Positions 22,911-37,940 are shown, numbered from the stretch's first letter. The stretch: 64,000 nt of DNA from the human T2T-CHM13v2.0 reference genome, Homo sapiens (GCF_009914755.1 NC_060925.1); one strand, 5' to 3'. Translations and numbers: made by a program. The notes: generated from the sequence alone by a model not told the origin.

Positions 22911-24566
22911 ACAGAAGGACAAAGGAACAAAACAGAATGAATGGGCAAAAATGACTTCTTAAAAGGGTATTTTCAGTCTTAATATTCAGTCTCATACATT
23001 CAGTCTATGATGAATTTATGACAAATGCTTCCATTCAGCACCTTGAGAAAGCAGAGGAAGTAATTTATACTTATTTGCTATAAGTATAAATTCAGACCAA
23101 CTGGTTCACAATCACTTGTGGTTTTGTTTTTATAAAATGAAGAAGTAATAAGCCTCCAGCTGTGCAACCATAAGTTTCATTCGTTTGGCTGTGGATTCAC
23201 TTGGAATTGGCAAAGGAATTCAAATAAATTTGTGTATTGTATCCCAAACATATTCTTTTCTTTTTAATTCGGAGAACTTTAGGAAAACACTTTTTTTGTT
23301 TGCATTTTAGATGATTGTATCCTGACCCCCTCCCCCTCAAATATTCAGTCTCAAGCTGGTAAAAGTCTACAGGGACTCCTGGAGGAACTGTTAGAGATGC
23401 TTCCTTGATGCAAATTAGTCCCCAGCTTCCTCTTAATACATGCATGGGAGAAACACCTAAGTTTAACATAAAATGGATTTGTTTATAATAAGATGTCAAC
23501 ATGATAAAAACACATTAATACATCTGCAGGGTACAATGAAAAGCTATTGCAAAAAATCAGCTGCAAAAATACTTTTCATTTAGATCACAAATACCAGATA
23601 CTTGAGGAATGAGTCAATATATGTCTTTGTGAAAAGAAGTTTGTATCCCACTGGTGCTTATAAAACATTTCTCAATTTATAAAAGCAGGCTTTCTTGCAT
23701 GATTTTAGAGTACATGAAACTATTCACCCTGGGAATGGCATAACATCATTTTGGTTTATACAGTTACATGTTTTCTGCCCTCACACACACAGATCTTCAA
23801 CATTATAATTAATTTTAGAACAGTCTACTTTGAGATAGCCAACTTCCTATAATATTGCAAATATGGTCTAGTGAGAATAGCAGAAGCATATGCAGGATAA
23901 ATGTTAGTCATAGATGCTTTTAAAGTTTTGGGATCCATTACTAATGTACAATATTGAACAAGAAATATTTCTCAGTTTTTGAACCAGAATCTTGCTACAA
24001 ATGAGGGAAATTACTCATGTTTGGTATTCTTGCTCTTTTTATTATCGCACATATCCGTGGTATATAGTTATGTAACATTGTAGTCATACAATACTTATTT
24101 TTTTTTTTTGTGGTCACTGGTACATAGAGAAAACTGTCTGAAGCATTTACTAAGCCTTAAGTTCTATTTTATTAGGGTAAAACAGAGTTTCTGTCCCATC
24201 TAAGTTATTTGGGTTGAATTAGAATGATGGCAATAGATTTTATTATAAAAATGACTCACTGTCCTTTTAAATTTTATAATGTAAGAAGAATCATGACAGA
24301 TCCACAGCTATTAATCACACAAATATATAGACACATAGACATACCTATAGGTTACTGTCTGGCTCCTAAATATTCGCATCTTATGCATACACTCTATTAC
24401 TAAAAGGTGAAAAAGTAGCTGTGTTAAGGATGACACAATTGTAGCATATTCCACAATCTGTGTATAACATTAGCATCTTTTTGTTTTGAAAGTAAATTCA
24501 AACATCCTGCCTTTTGTTTATATTGCTTATGGCTTTTCTTACAGTGTGCTTATAAAGTCAACACTT

Positions 24567-24943
24567 GTATTAGTCAATGTTTGCTATAGTAAGAAACAAC
24601 CCCAAGACGTCAGTGGCTTACAATAATAAAGATTTATTTCATGCTTACAGGCCTTTGCGTTGGCTACAGCTTTGCTGGGCTGTATGTGTTTTTGCAGTCC
24701 TGGACTGCCTGAGGAAAGCGCTTCTTTTGGTAGAGATCAGAAGCTCAAGAGACCAAGCCAATTCATGCAGGCACATCTAAAACTTCTGCAAGGATGTGGT
24801 AAATTACATCTACTGACATTCCATTGGCTAAAGAAAGTCACATGGCCAAGCCTTTTGTTGATGAAGTGACATATATTCTTTCCATGGGGTGGGTGAGGAT
24901 GTAGGAGAGCAAATATTAGCTGAAAAATAACACAATCTACTAT
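24567..24943. mobile_element. MLT1-family (J/I/K-like) MaLR solo LTR
   Basis: TGTATTAGTCA...CAGTGGCTTACAA...CCATTGGCTAAAG.AAGTCACATGGCCAAGCC. Confidence 0.7.
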
Positions 24944-25568
24944 GACTACAGATTAAAAAGCTAAATCATGTGCCTGAGTTGCAAAAAGAGTTAAATACTA
25001 AAATGGCATTGTAAATTTAAGGAAATTTTAAATATTTCTTTGGACAACTCCTTGCAAAGAACATGATTGCTTGGGAGCCAGAGTGGAAATTTAGAGAAAG
25101 AAATCTAATACATTAATTAAACATAAGATAGCATAAAACAAAAGAGTATTTATGCCTCTTCCGGGCTTCTTTCATACCTTGTGCTTACCTCTATCATTTT
25201 ACTTGTCATTATGCTTACTGATTTTTCATTTCTGAGATAAAAATAAAGCTTTTTTTTTTCTTCATATACCCAAGGCCGAGTAAAATCCTTAGCACAGAGT
25301 GGGCACTCAATGAATGTTTGTTGAATGACTACATGAATGCATGCATACATAACCCAGAATATATTGTTCTTACTATTCCTTTTTCAGTGCTGAAATTATT
25401 TATATTATATAACATGGAAGAACTAACATACTGTATTGGTTTTTTCCTCCCCATTTTCTTTTTCTACCTGAGACTTTTCACTTTTCCTTCCCTCAGTGAG
25501 ATTATTTGATTTTAAAGAAACAATGTTGAACATTCTCTGTTACATACTGAAGTATTTTCCTGCTAAGC

Positions 25569-25603
25569 TGTGTGTGTGTGTGTTTGTGTGTGTATGTGTG
25601 TGT
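25569..25603. repeat. Imperfect (TG)n microsatellite
   Basis: Read directly. Confidence 0.9.
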
Positions 25604-26213
25604 ATAAGACAGAGATCTGTGCAAACAATTTTTATATGTTTAGGAAATATCACTGGAGTACTCACTATTCATTTACTATACTACTGATGAAAATCAGTTC
25701 TTGAATTTGTTCTTTCTACATTTATTTCTTTTGTGATTTCCTTACTGGGAATACCTTCAGAGATTGACATCCTGTAGTTATGAGACTGTCAGGAGGACTG
25801 TTACTATACTAACACTGTTAAAAACATTTCAATTAGGTTGTATAATGCAGTGCCTTCACAGTAAATAGTAGATAACAATAGAAACGAATGAAAAAGCTGA
25901 TAATTTTTAAAAAATGGAAATAGTAGAATGCAAACTGTTTTCTATTACCATTCAACACATATAATAAACATTTCAATTTCTATAAAATTATTGCTAAACT
26001 CACTTGGCTTAGCTGCGTATTTTTTATAATTTAAATTTCACACTGAAGTCATGAAGTACTTTAAGATGAAGTTCATACAAAATCGCATCTTTCCAGTCAT
26101 CCAGAAATAGTATAGTGATATCATCTCTACAATTCCCCTTGCTCCTCCAAACCAAGATTTTACAATTCTGTAGTTATAGATAGACTAAGCATGTGTCAAA
26201 AGTAGAAAATATT

Positions 26214-26510
26214 GGCCGGGCGCGGTGGTTCATGCCTGTAATCCCAGCACTTTGGGAGGCTGAGGCGGGTGGATCACAAGGTCAGGAGATGGAGACCATC
26301 CTGGCTAAGATGGTAAAACCTCGTTTCTACTAAAAATATGAAAAAAAAAATTAGCCAGGTGTGGTCGTGGGTGCCTGTAGTCCCAGCTACTCAGGAGGCT
26401 GAGGCAGGAGAATGGCATGAACCTGGGAGGCAGAGCTTGCAGTGAGCAGAGATCCCGCCACTGTACTCCAGGCTGGGCGACAGAGCAAGACTCTGTCTCC
26501 AAAAAAAAAA
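26214..26510 (+). mobile_element. AluY
   Basis: Y diagnostics (GACCATCCTGGCTAA, GAATGG, GAGCTTGCAG); TSD AAAAGTAGAAAA(T/A)ATT. Confidence 0.95.
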
Positions 26511-28181
26511 GTAGAAAAAATTATTTTAATGTGGTTATACAAAAGGAAAAGAGATCTTGAAACTTAATTGTTCATGACAAAACTTCTGAGGACTCAAATG
26601 GATGTGATTTCTTAGTGAAGTGTTTAAGTGATGTTGGTTTTTTTTTCCTTATAGGTCAAAATGGAATAACAGTACAGAGACTAGATGAATTATCCAAAAA
26701 TTGACAAAAAAGCTGTCTTGTTTCATGAAATATCAGATTTGTAATGAATATCCAGAAAATTTAAATTTAGAATCTTAGACATATTATGGAAGAAATAGTA
26801 AAATGATTTAAAATAGTTAACATCTGAATTCTCAAAATTTTTGTTTAGTGCAGAAAAGCACTTGGAATATAGTAAGATCAAGTTCTTTTTATCTGATTAT
26901 TGCATTTAGTGGAAGGATTCCATCAGATACAATCTAGGCTAAGACTCGTGACACAAATAATATAGAGCTCCCAACAGCAAAGGAGTGAGAACATGCAAAT
27001 TCTTGTAGGGATTCATTTTTAATTTATATTTGAAAAATGTTTCTAACAGATGGGAAAAAGTAAGGGACTATTCATAAAACTTTTGGCTTTTTTCCATGAA
27101 AATGCTCCATTTATTGAACAGGAAATAAGGTATAGAATATGCTTTTAACCAAACTAGGAATTCATTTCCCCAATTCATAAAGTTATTCATTCCCTCTACA
27201 ACTAATCTACATATATCTTCATCTGATACCTCTCAATAGATTTGTCTTTAAATAGAGTCCAAGAATAAGTGTTTATGGCACCCTCTTTCAAGAAAGAGGA
27301 AAGAGCAATCTCTCTTTTCAATGTCGATAAATGCTAGGTGATGACCAGGTTAAGGATATTACTTGTTGTGACCAAGAAACTTGACAGAGTGGTATGTTCC
27401 TGGTTTATCTGATATTATGCCAACTTCAGGTGAAAGCCTAGAGTTTCCTAGGGTGAGTCCAAATTTCATAGAATGAGTTTTGGACTGATGGAGATGATCA
27501 AGAAGTTGTTGAGCTTTTCAGATGTTGAATAAAGTAGGAATGGAAAACAGGGCTAAGTATCAAGAATGCAGATTAGACTTAATCAGTAAACTAAGAGGCA
27601 AAGTAAGAGGCAAGTGATAAGAGTTAACAACAGGTGTCTATACAACCAATGCTGAGAGCCTTTCCAGCAATAATTCAGAATGGAAGCTGAGTTTGGATTC
27701 AAGGAACATAGTCCAATGTTGGGACTTAGAAACATGACATTTGTTAAAGACAGTTTTGATTAATTCTATCTCAAAGAAAAAAAATTCCTCCTTGTCTTCC
27801 AGGTTGTTTTCATTAAGAAATTACCACATGACTTAGCTTTTGCCCTGTGGGCATCATAAAGATCCCATTAGATTTTAGAATGGGGTAGTAAAGAAAAGGG
27901 CATAAAGGGTGTATAATCACACTCTTATTTTATAAGTCTATGACTCCAAGTGTTTTGTAATAGTCAATGAAAATAGGTAGCAAAAATCCAGTTAACTTCT
28001 TTCTTATATAACCAAAGAGAGCTTGGTGAAAGGAATATAATAAGGTGCCATTTAAATTCATGAATTAAAAAGTAAGTAACTTGTTTTAAAATTATTTCAT
28101 GGGTACAAGTCTTCTCCTTGAGAAGGTAAAAGCCTTGAGGGTGTTGTTCATAGGATAATTCTTTTGTATCTAGCATGTTAG

Positions 28182-28499
<318 letters not shown>

Positions 28500-29015
28500 A
28501 AAAAATTCTTGAGGCTTGAATTACATTCTGAAAAACTAGCATTTAGTTTACTAAAAAATATTTCCCCAATGAGTAAACTTTATAGCAAACCAAATTATAA
28601 TTAACTGAATAAAGCATATTAAAAGAAGTAGATGTTTTATAAAGTGACTTAGAATCAGTACAAAAAAAGAGAATATCTCTCAATTTATTTTTTTATTGTT
28701 CCTAAAACATTTGAGAAATATCAGAAAAGCCTTTAAATATACATTTTAAAAATAGAGGAAGATAGGATGATTTCTTTTTATTCTTCATGGGAGCATTTTA
28801 AAGCCCCACTTATGAGAATACAGTTGAAGATAGCTTTGACCTCTATTTTTTTTTTCCTGGAAAAACTCATGAGAGATGGCATGATAAGCATCTCAGTATA
28901 CATTATAATTTTTATTACTTCCCTAAGTGTTCCTGAAATTCTACACAATTTATTACGTAATCTATGTTAGTAATCAAGTGAATAAATAATGAAAGAACAT
29001 AAGAACAGGATTATG

Positions 29016-29327
<312 letters not shown>

Positions 29328-29719
29328 TCACTTTGGAACACTGGCAAGGGTACCAAAGTGTCAAATTTGCATGGGGACCTCCTTGAAACATGCGTTGTTC
29401 TCTCCCTGCCCCCTTTAGGAGAAGCTTTCTGGGGCACTAGGATGATGATACAAAGAGGAAAACCAAACTGGGGGGAAAAAAAAGCTGCCATCAATTTGGG
29501 GGAAAGTGGAAGATGTTCCCTGAGAAGGTGAGAATTACCCAAGTGGCAAAAGAAAGAAGAAAGGTACACTAGACTCGGGCAACAAAATTATGGTTTGCAA
29601 CAATAACTACTCATCACTGTTTGTGGGTGATATCCCTCATGTGTTGCTCAGCCCGTTTCCTGAGAAATTTGTTGCAGATCCTGCTTCGTAAAGGGCTGTA
29701 AAAAGGAATAAAATAATCT

Positions 29720-29876
29720 TTTTTTTTAAATTATTTAAAATGTTTTGTTATTTTTCATAGAGAAGGGGTTTCACCGTGTTTGCCCAGGCTGGTCTCAAAT
29801 TCCTGACCTTAAGCCATCCACCTGCCTCGGCCCCCCAAAGTGCTGGGATTGCAGGTATGAGTCATCATGCCTGGCC
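29720..29876 (-). mobile_element. Alu left monomer/FLAM
   Basis: Single reverse left arm. Confidence 0.85.
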
Positions 29877-31136
29877 CCAAATCATCTTTTCAATTGGTAA
29901 AGGGTTGTAGGCAATGTGAAGAGAAAACAAAATCCCTTCTCCTAAAGTTTAGGACTTGCAATGAGCGCTGGATGGATGAGCAGAGCCAAGGAACACTGGA
30001 AAATGGAAATGAGTATGGGTCACTTGGGTTCCATAGAGAACAGAGAGCAGAATTTTGTAAAACATCAGGAAAAATTCAGTTCCTGCAACATTTCCATTTG
30101 TCGCCAAGGCTAGCATGGTCTGGGAAAAAAAGCATAATTTTTCAAAGTAAAGTTATTATTTTATTTGGGATTTAGTTTATGAAGGACAATATTGTGTTCC
30201 TCTAGCCCACACAAATAAATTATGCCTGGCCATAAATAGTAATATATTAAATGAGCAAACCAGTTTTGCATAAAAGGCATGGTCTGACTTCCCTGTGGAC
30301 GTGACAATAGAAATAGCATTCCTTCCTTTTTTAAATTCATTCATCACTACTTAAAGAATGACTATAACGTTGTCATTCTCAGTGGGGCAAGAGGTTGTTA
30401 TAAATAGAAGCAAGTAATGGTGCAAAAGCAGTAGCTTATTGTTTATTTTGATAAAATAAATCATATCAGATTCTAGGGTGTTGCTTTTTTACCTCTTCCA
30501 GTAGGAAAGGGTAGAATGAATCTGAGCACCCTGGAAATTGGTATGGCTGTGTGCTACTCAAGTATAGCAGTACACAAAAAAGGAGAGTTGAGAGCCACAA
30601 CTGTATAGCAATATAGCGAAGAATAAAAGTTTTCTTGTCCTTGGGCTTTTATAGTCACTCTAAATCAAGAACTGTTCCAGTTCCAGAGAGTGATAATTAC
30701 TCAAAAGAGAGAAAACTACAGGTAATAGAATTCCAGAGAGAAAGATTAACTCAAGCCAGGAATGATTAGAAAATTCTTCACAAAAGTGGAAAAAGCTGGG
30801 CATAATTACATGATGTATGACTTTAAAGGGTAAGGTGGCTCTTTAATTATTAAATAATACTTTCTTAAAACACTTACTGGGTACCCAAGTGGTGGGGATA
30901 TAAAGATAAACAGGATAAAATCCATGCCCTTGAATATTTTAGGTAGGGGACACATACACCAAAAAAAAAAAAAAAAAAAAAAAAGGAAGAAAAATAATGT
31001 CATGGAACAAATACAATGTCATACCACAATATAGTGCTAGAACAGAGGTGATATAGGGCCTCAGAACAATACATAGGAAAAAGCCTTCAGTGCTACCTGG
31101 GAAGGGATAGGTAAAATAAGATAAAGTTATTTCTGA

Positions 31137-31434
31137 GGCTGAGCACAGTGGCTCACATCTGTAATCCCAGCAGTTTGGGAGGCTGAGGTGGGTGGATCAC
31201 TAGAGGTCAGGAGTTCGAGACAACCATGGCCAACATGGTGAAACCCTGTTTCTACTAAAAATACAAAAAATTAGCTGAGTGTGGTGGTGCTTGCCTGTGG
31301 TCCCAGCTACTGTGGAGGCTGAGATGGGAGAATCACCTGAGCCTAGGAGGCGGAGGTTGAACTGAGCCCAGATTGCACCACTGCACTGCAGCCTGGGTGA
31401 CAGAGCAAGACTCTTTCAAAGAAAAGAAAAAAAA
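31137..31434 (+). mobile_element. Alu (AluS-like)
   Basis: TSD AAAGTTATTTCTGA. Confidence 0.95.
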
Positions 31435-31991
31435 GTTATTTCTGAACTGAGATTTCATTCAGTTATTACTCATTAATTTAACTAACATGCATTAAGTGCC
31501 TACTATGTTCACAGTGCTTGCTCTCAAGGGATTGATAGTCAAATGGTGGACAAGACATGTAAACAGATAAGTACAATGATGGATTTAATTAAATACCCAA
31601 GGTGCACAGCATTATTAAAGATACGGAGGTCAAATGTGTGTGGGAGGTTGTGGAAATGCTTCATAGAGGAGGTGAGTTTTTAAAGATGTGGAGGTATTTG
31701 TTAGGCAGATTGTAATGGAGAATATCAAGGATGAAGGAAGTACCAGACAATAAGAGTGGGAGTAAAGGTGCAGTGGCCTGCTCCAACTTGGTGTATACAC
31801 AGGACTGACAGAAACTTGATATGACTAGAGCTTTGGATAACAAAGATGAGACAAGAAACCAGGTTGGTAGGGACCAGATCATAGAGAGCCTTGAATCCAG
31901 ACTTAAGGACTTTGATTTTTCTCTGTAGACCAGTAATTTTCAAACTGGAACCCACTACTTCCTTGAGTGTCAAGGAAGTACATTAGGAAGG

Positions 31992-32353
31992 TGATATGGT
32001 TTGGCTGTGTCCCCACAGGGGAGCTCAAATTGTAGCTGCCATAATTCCTATGTGTCATGGGGAGGACCTGGTGGGAGGTAACTGAATCATGAAAATGGCT
32101 CTTTCTCATGCTGTTCTTGTGATAGTGAATAAGTCTCATGAAATCCGATGGTTTTATAAAGGGGAGTTCTCCTGCAAATGCTCTCTCTTAACTGCCGCCA
32201 TGCAAAACATGACTTCGCTTCTCCTTTGCCTTTCACCATGATTGTGAGGCCTCTCCAGTCACATGGAACTGTGAGTCCATTAAACCTCTTTCCTTTATAA
32301 ATTACCCCATCTCAGGTATGTCTTCATTAGCAGTGTGAGAGTAGACTAATACA
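31992..32353 (+). mobile_element. Solo THE1 (THE1B-like) LTR
   Basis: TGATATGGTTTGGCTGTGTCCCCAC...GACTAATACA with perfect TSD GAAGG at 31987-31991 and 32354-32358. Confidence 0.95.
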
Positions 32354-32798
32354 GAAGGTAAAGAGCATACCAAAAAGGCAGACTTTTTGGGGGCTGTGAA
32401 CACTAAGCTAAAGAGTTTTAAACACTAATCTTTAGGTTATGTTAAATTATTGAACACTTTTAAGGAAGGAGGTGATAGGCTACGAACTGTTTTTGAATGA
32501 TCAATCCATCCACAAGATTTCTGTATCATTCCAGAAATCTGTAAGTCATCCCAAATTGCTTCATTGTTCTTCTAATTAATAACTAAGCAATTGCTAAATC
32601 CTATTTATTCTTTCTCCTAAACAATCCTTAAATCCATCCTTTCCCTTCCTTCTTTACTGGGACTACCAGTGGTTCAGGTCCTCATCATTTTTCCCCTTGT
32701 CAAATAAAAGAGCGTTTAACTTACTGCTCAGTACTCTTTAGTCAATCCTATATGTAACTTTGTCATATCACTTCTTGCACCATTTTGAAATTTATTAG

Positions 32799-33050
<252 letters not shown>

Positions 33051-33571
33051 TGAAATTTATTTCTGAAGTGTGTATGTTTTCCATTAGAGTACAAGTTCCT
33101 GGAAAACTGATGTGAAAGGTCCTGAAAGACTGTCATTTGGATTCACTGCTAAATGTTCTTCAGTTATTCATTCTCTCTCACACATCAGTTCGTCCTTTTC
33201 TATGGATCATACAAGTAGCATACAAACATGCTATACTTTTCCCCATCTTAAAAAATCTACCCTTGTTTCCATATCCTCCATTTGCTGCTATTCCCCTCAT
33301 AGCAAAACTTAAAAGAATTGTATAGAACCACTTTCTCTATTTCTTCACTTCAATTTTTTCATAAACTCACTTCACTCTGACTTTCATCTCCATCACTCCA
33401 CTACAAAGTCACTTGTCACAGTCATCATATCCGGTAGTTAACTCTTCACCCACATCTTCCTTGACCTTTGAGTAGCACTGGATACAGTTGATAATAATGT
33501 CTTACAATAGCTGAAAATATTCTCTTAAGTTTCCTCTTGGCTTAGTGGATATTTCTTTTCAGGATCCTCTT

Positions 33572-33573
<2 letters not shown>

Positions 33574-33611
<38 letters not shown>

Positions 33612-33895
33612 AGCCAGAGTCTCGCTCTGTCGCCCAGGCTGGAGTGCAGTGGCGCCATCCTGGCTCACTGCAAGCTCCAGCTCCCAGGTTAACGCCATTC
33701 TCCTGCCTCAGCCTCCCAAGTAGCTGGGACTACTGGCGCCCGCCACCACGCCCGGCTGATTTTTTGTATTTTTAGTAGAGACGGGGTTTCACCGTGTTAG
33801 CCAGCCAGGATGTTCTCGATCTCCTGACTTCATGATCCGCCCGCCTCGGCCTCCTGAAGTGCTGGGATTACAGAAGTGAGCCACCGAGACCGGCC
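33574..33895 (-). mobile_element. AluY, CpG-rich, uninterrupted 37-nt tail
   Basis: T37 at 33574-33610; Y diagnostics; TSD ATCCTCTTCCTTTTT. Confidence 0.95.
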
Positions 33896-35008
33896 AATCC
33901 TCTTCCTTTTATAGGTCTCTAAGTCTGGGATGGTTCAGCCCTGGAGTCTCTTCCTTTTGCTGTCTACATTCACTTCCTAAGGGATCTCCAGTGCTGTGGG
34001 ATATACGCTAATGATTTTGAAACTTACATTTTGAATTTGGGCCTCTTCCCTGAATGCTGATGATTTTGAAAGTTACATTTTTGAGTCTGGGCCTCTTCAC
34101 TCTGGTCACAAACTACCTATTTGGTGTGTCCTTTGGGATTGCTATTAAGCATCTCAAACTTCGCATGGTCAGATCAGAATTTTGTCCCGCAACCTCCCTT
34201 CTTTTCCCCCAGCTTATTTCTCATAAAGTCTTTGGCACTTCAGTCTATGGCACTCTTATTCATCTCATTGTATGGGCCAAAAATCCAAGTCTTTGATTTC
34301 TCTTTTTTGATTCTTTGCACACTTTTCATCTAACCATCACCAAAATTTCTTGATGTTAACTTCAAAATCTTCATGCCAAATCTGAATGCCTCTCACCATT
34401 TTCACTGCTACCATCCTAGTGTAAGCTACTATCAGCATTCATCTGGTCTACTTCAATAGTCTCTAAATTAGTTTTTTTGTTTACACTTTTGACCCCTTAG
34501 ACTCTCTTCCACACAACCATCTAGAGCCATCTTTAAGTTTATAATTCATATCGTGTCACTCTCCTGTTCAAAAATTATCAGAATATACTTGACTACACTT
34601 TTTTAAAAATCTAAAGGTTTTAATACAGCTTACCCAGTATAATCTAGCTATAGGCATTCTAACCACAAACCCTTTCATCCTCCTCCTTGTCCACACCACT
34701 CTGGACACATCAACCTTCTTGTTATTCCACCAATATGCCTTTAGCACTGTCTCAGGACTGCTGTACTTGCTATTCCTTCTGCCTGGAATGCTCTTATCCC
34801 AACTATTTCAATGGCTCCTTCCTGCACATAATTCTTAGATGCTACATTCTCAGAAAGACTTTTTGATGACCTATATAAAATGCCTGCCCTCCCCCATCCC
34901 CACTTTCATCTCTGTATTCATTTATTCTGCTTTTCCTTCACAGCACTTAACACTAACCTTACATTATATATTTATTTGACTCCTTATTTTCTGGTTCTTA
35001 CAGTAGAA

Positions 35009-35488
35009 TGCAACAAAACACTTTTTTCTTGACCTAACTCTAGTCAGACTCCTCTGACCCACTAGGTCCTGTCCTTGGGCATGTCTTCAAGAGCCCAGTT
35101 TTAGCAAGAATTCTGCTAAGCCAATTTAGCCAAAATTCCCCACCCTCACTACCTGATCACTCTTGACGTCTAACCAAATTTCTCACCCCCACACCATTCC
35201 CTGGGTAATAGCTGATCACCCTGGCCTGCCTTCAGCAAGAATCCTGTTAGGTCCGTTTAGCAAATAATTACCCCACCCTCCTAGTAATTTTCCATTCATC
35301 AACACATCTTGTCCCTCCTCCTTGGCTATAAATCTCTACTTTTCTTTGTTGTATTTGGAGTTGAGCCCAATCTCTGTCTCCTACTGTAAAACCTCATTGC
35401 AGGAGGTCCTATACCTTTCACAATAGTCCCAAATAAAGTCTGCCTTACTGTCTTTAATAAGTGTCATGAATTATTATTTTCTTTAACA
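35009..35488 (+). mobile_element. MER31-like ERV1 solo LTR
   Basis: CTTGACC.AACT.TAGTCAG.CTCCTCTGA start, GGCTATAAAT TATA box, AATAAAGTC, TTTCTTTAACA end. Confidence 0.7.
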
Positions 35489-36945
35489 AAAACTACCATT
35501 ATAAGTAGTAAATAAGATAGGTTATACTATCTGTTTTGTTCATTGCTACATTCCCAGTGCCTAGAAGAGTAGTGTGCCACTCAGTAGGTATTCAATATAT
35601 CTTTGTTCAATGAATGAATGTACTTAGAACAAAGCAATGATATACTCCGAGAATCTAGAAATCTTTTGTCTGTGGAATAGCTAGTTGTGTAACAATTTAA
35701 AAACATTTCAATATTTTAAAAGTAGAAGGTGAAAAGTTTATTACTTAATGCTTTTAAAACTATTAACAGAATTTTACAGAATTGAAACCCCAGAGTCTTG
35801 AAAGGGCACCTAGTCTAAGCCTATATACAAATTAAAAAAAGAAATTGAATTATCTGATTTTTTTAAGGTCCTTATTCTTGAAAGGAGAATTAGTTTATTA
35901 TTTATAGAGCATTTAGAACTTGAAATTACCTATTTATCTTAAGTTTGCATTAATCATGTCAAAGCTTAATAGTTAATGTTAACGGGATTGTGCCAACAGC
36001 CAAAGCATTAACACCCACTTGAGGTCATTAAAAGAGTATTATAAAAGGCTTCAAATAATGGTATATTACACAGTTTTGTCAAGGGGTGTTTTAATTCCAA
36101 CGGACAGCCATAACAGAGATGATAATCAACTCAAGGTGACACTGGTATCTCCTTACTCCAACTTCACCAGTTCAAAAGTATTCAGTACAGATAGTCACTG
36201 AATCCATGCCAAGAGGGAAATAATTGATTTAACTGATCTAAAAGTGTGTTTGAGCTTTTTTTCAGACAAACTGTCAACACACACATGAAAGCAAGATTCT
36301 AAAAGTGCTGTCAGATCCATAATGTTTATACAGCAAAGCAAACAACCTTTGTTATTCCAATTAATGCATTTGCTCATGAAGGAAGTCTGATCCAAAACGT
36401 TTTATTTTTTCTCAGCTGCACTGAAAATTATAATGTTGACTCATATTGAAGCAATTTAGAAATGTACTCAGCCACAAAATGAAAATGGATTAAGTATAAT
36501 ATTTGTTACTAGGGTACCTGCTAAAAATAACATCTCAAAATTATTTATTACATTTCCTTTAAAGGGTTTCAAGTATTGTCACGTGTATCTACTTATCTCT
36601 TTGAAGGGGGCTAGGCCCATAATAGTATTCTCTTAAACTTACAAACCAATGATGATAAATATTAGGAGATAAACTGTGTATAGGGAAAATAATGTGGCAA
36701 GATCAGTTTGTTGAGATACCTTGGATGGTGACCTACAATACTTTACAGTAATTACTCTATCTTTTTCCCTCTATTGTTTAACTCTAAAACAGGGAGTGGA
36801 GTTTGGGAGTTGAATGTCCCAACACCTGACAGGTACTTTAGTACTTTATAGTCTAGTTCAACACTATTAGTTTTACCAATAAGAAGTGAAATGATCTGTT
36901 TAAGGACACATTGCTAAGAGGCTAAGATGGAACATGAACTCAGGA

Positions 36946-37378
<433 letters not shown>

Positions 37379-37489
37379 TGATTTTTTATTCCAAATACTG
37401 AGCTTTCTCTACTACCTCTTGTGATCATGAATAATTATTGAGATAAATCCAACAAGATCGGGATATTCAACAGTTAAAATAATTCAATG

Positions 37490-37940
37490 TTTCAACTAAT
37501 AGATGACATTTTTAAAAAAGAGTGGGAAGAGAAAACACTACATATTAAAAGAGATGTATTGACAAAATGGTAAGTGTGACTTTTTTGATCCTGATGAGCA
37601 TAAACCAACTGTAAAACTACATTCCTGAGACAATCAAGGGATATTCACCACAGAGTGGGTATTTCATAACAGTAAGGAATTAGTGCTAATTTTGTTAGAT
37701 ATGTTAGTAGTAGTATGGTTGTGTTAAAAAGAAGTGCTTATCTGTTAGACCTATATACTGAAGTATTTGCCAGTGAAATAATCTGCTTATTTACTTTAAC
37801 ATACTCCTGAAAATAAATTTTAAAAGTGCAGAGATAGATGGGTAAATGATGACAATTGTTGATCATCACAGATGCTAAGGTTATTTATGTTACTCTACTT
37901 TTGTGTATGTTTGAAGTTTTTCACACAAAATTTTAAAAAT
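37490..37940 (+). mobile_element. Old L1M (ME/MC-type) 3' end
   Basis: AAACCAACTGTAAAA.ACATT..TGAGACAATC, ATACTGAAGTATTT, CTACTTTTGTGTATGTTTGAA. Confidence 0.65.

Larger units (their letters stand above)
33190..35620 (+). mobile_element. L2 LINE 3' region, interrupted by AluY and MER31
   Basis: Pyrimidine-rich L2 text ending TTCAATATATCTTTGTTCAATGAATGAATG. Confidence 0.75.
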
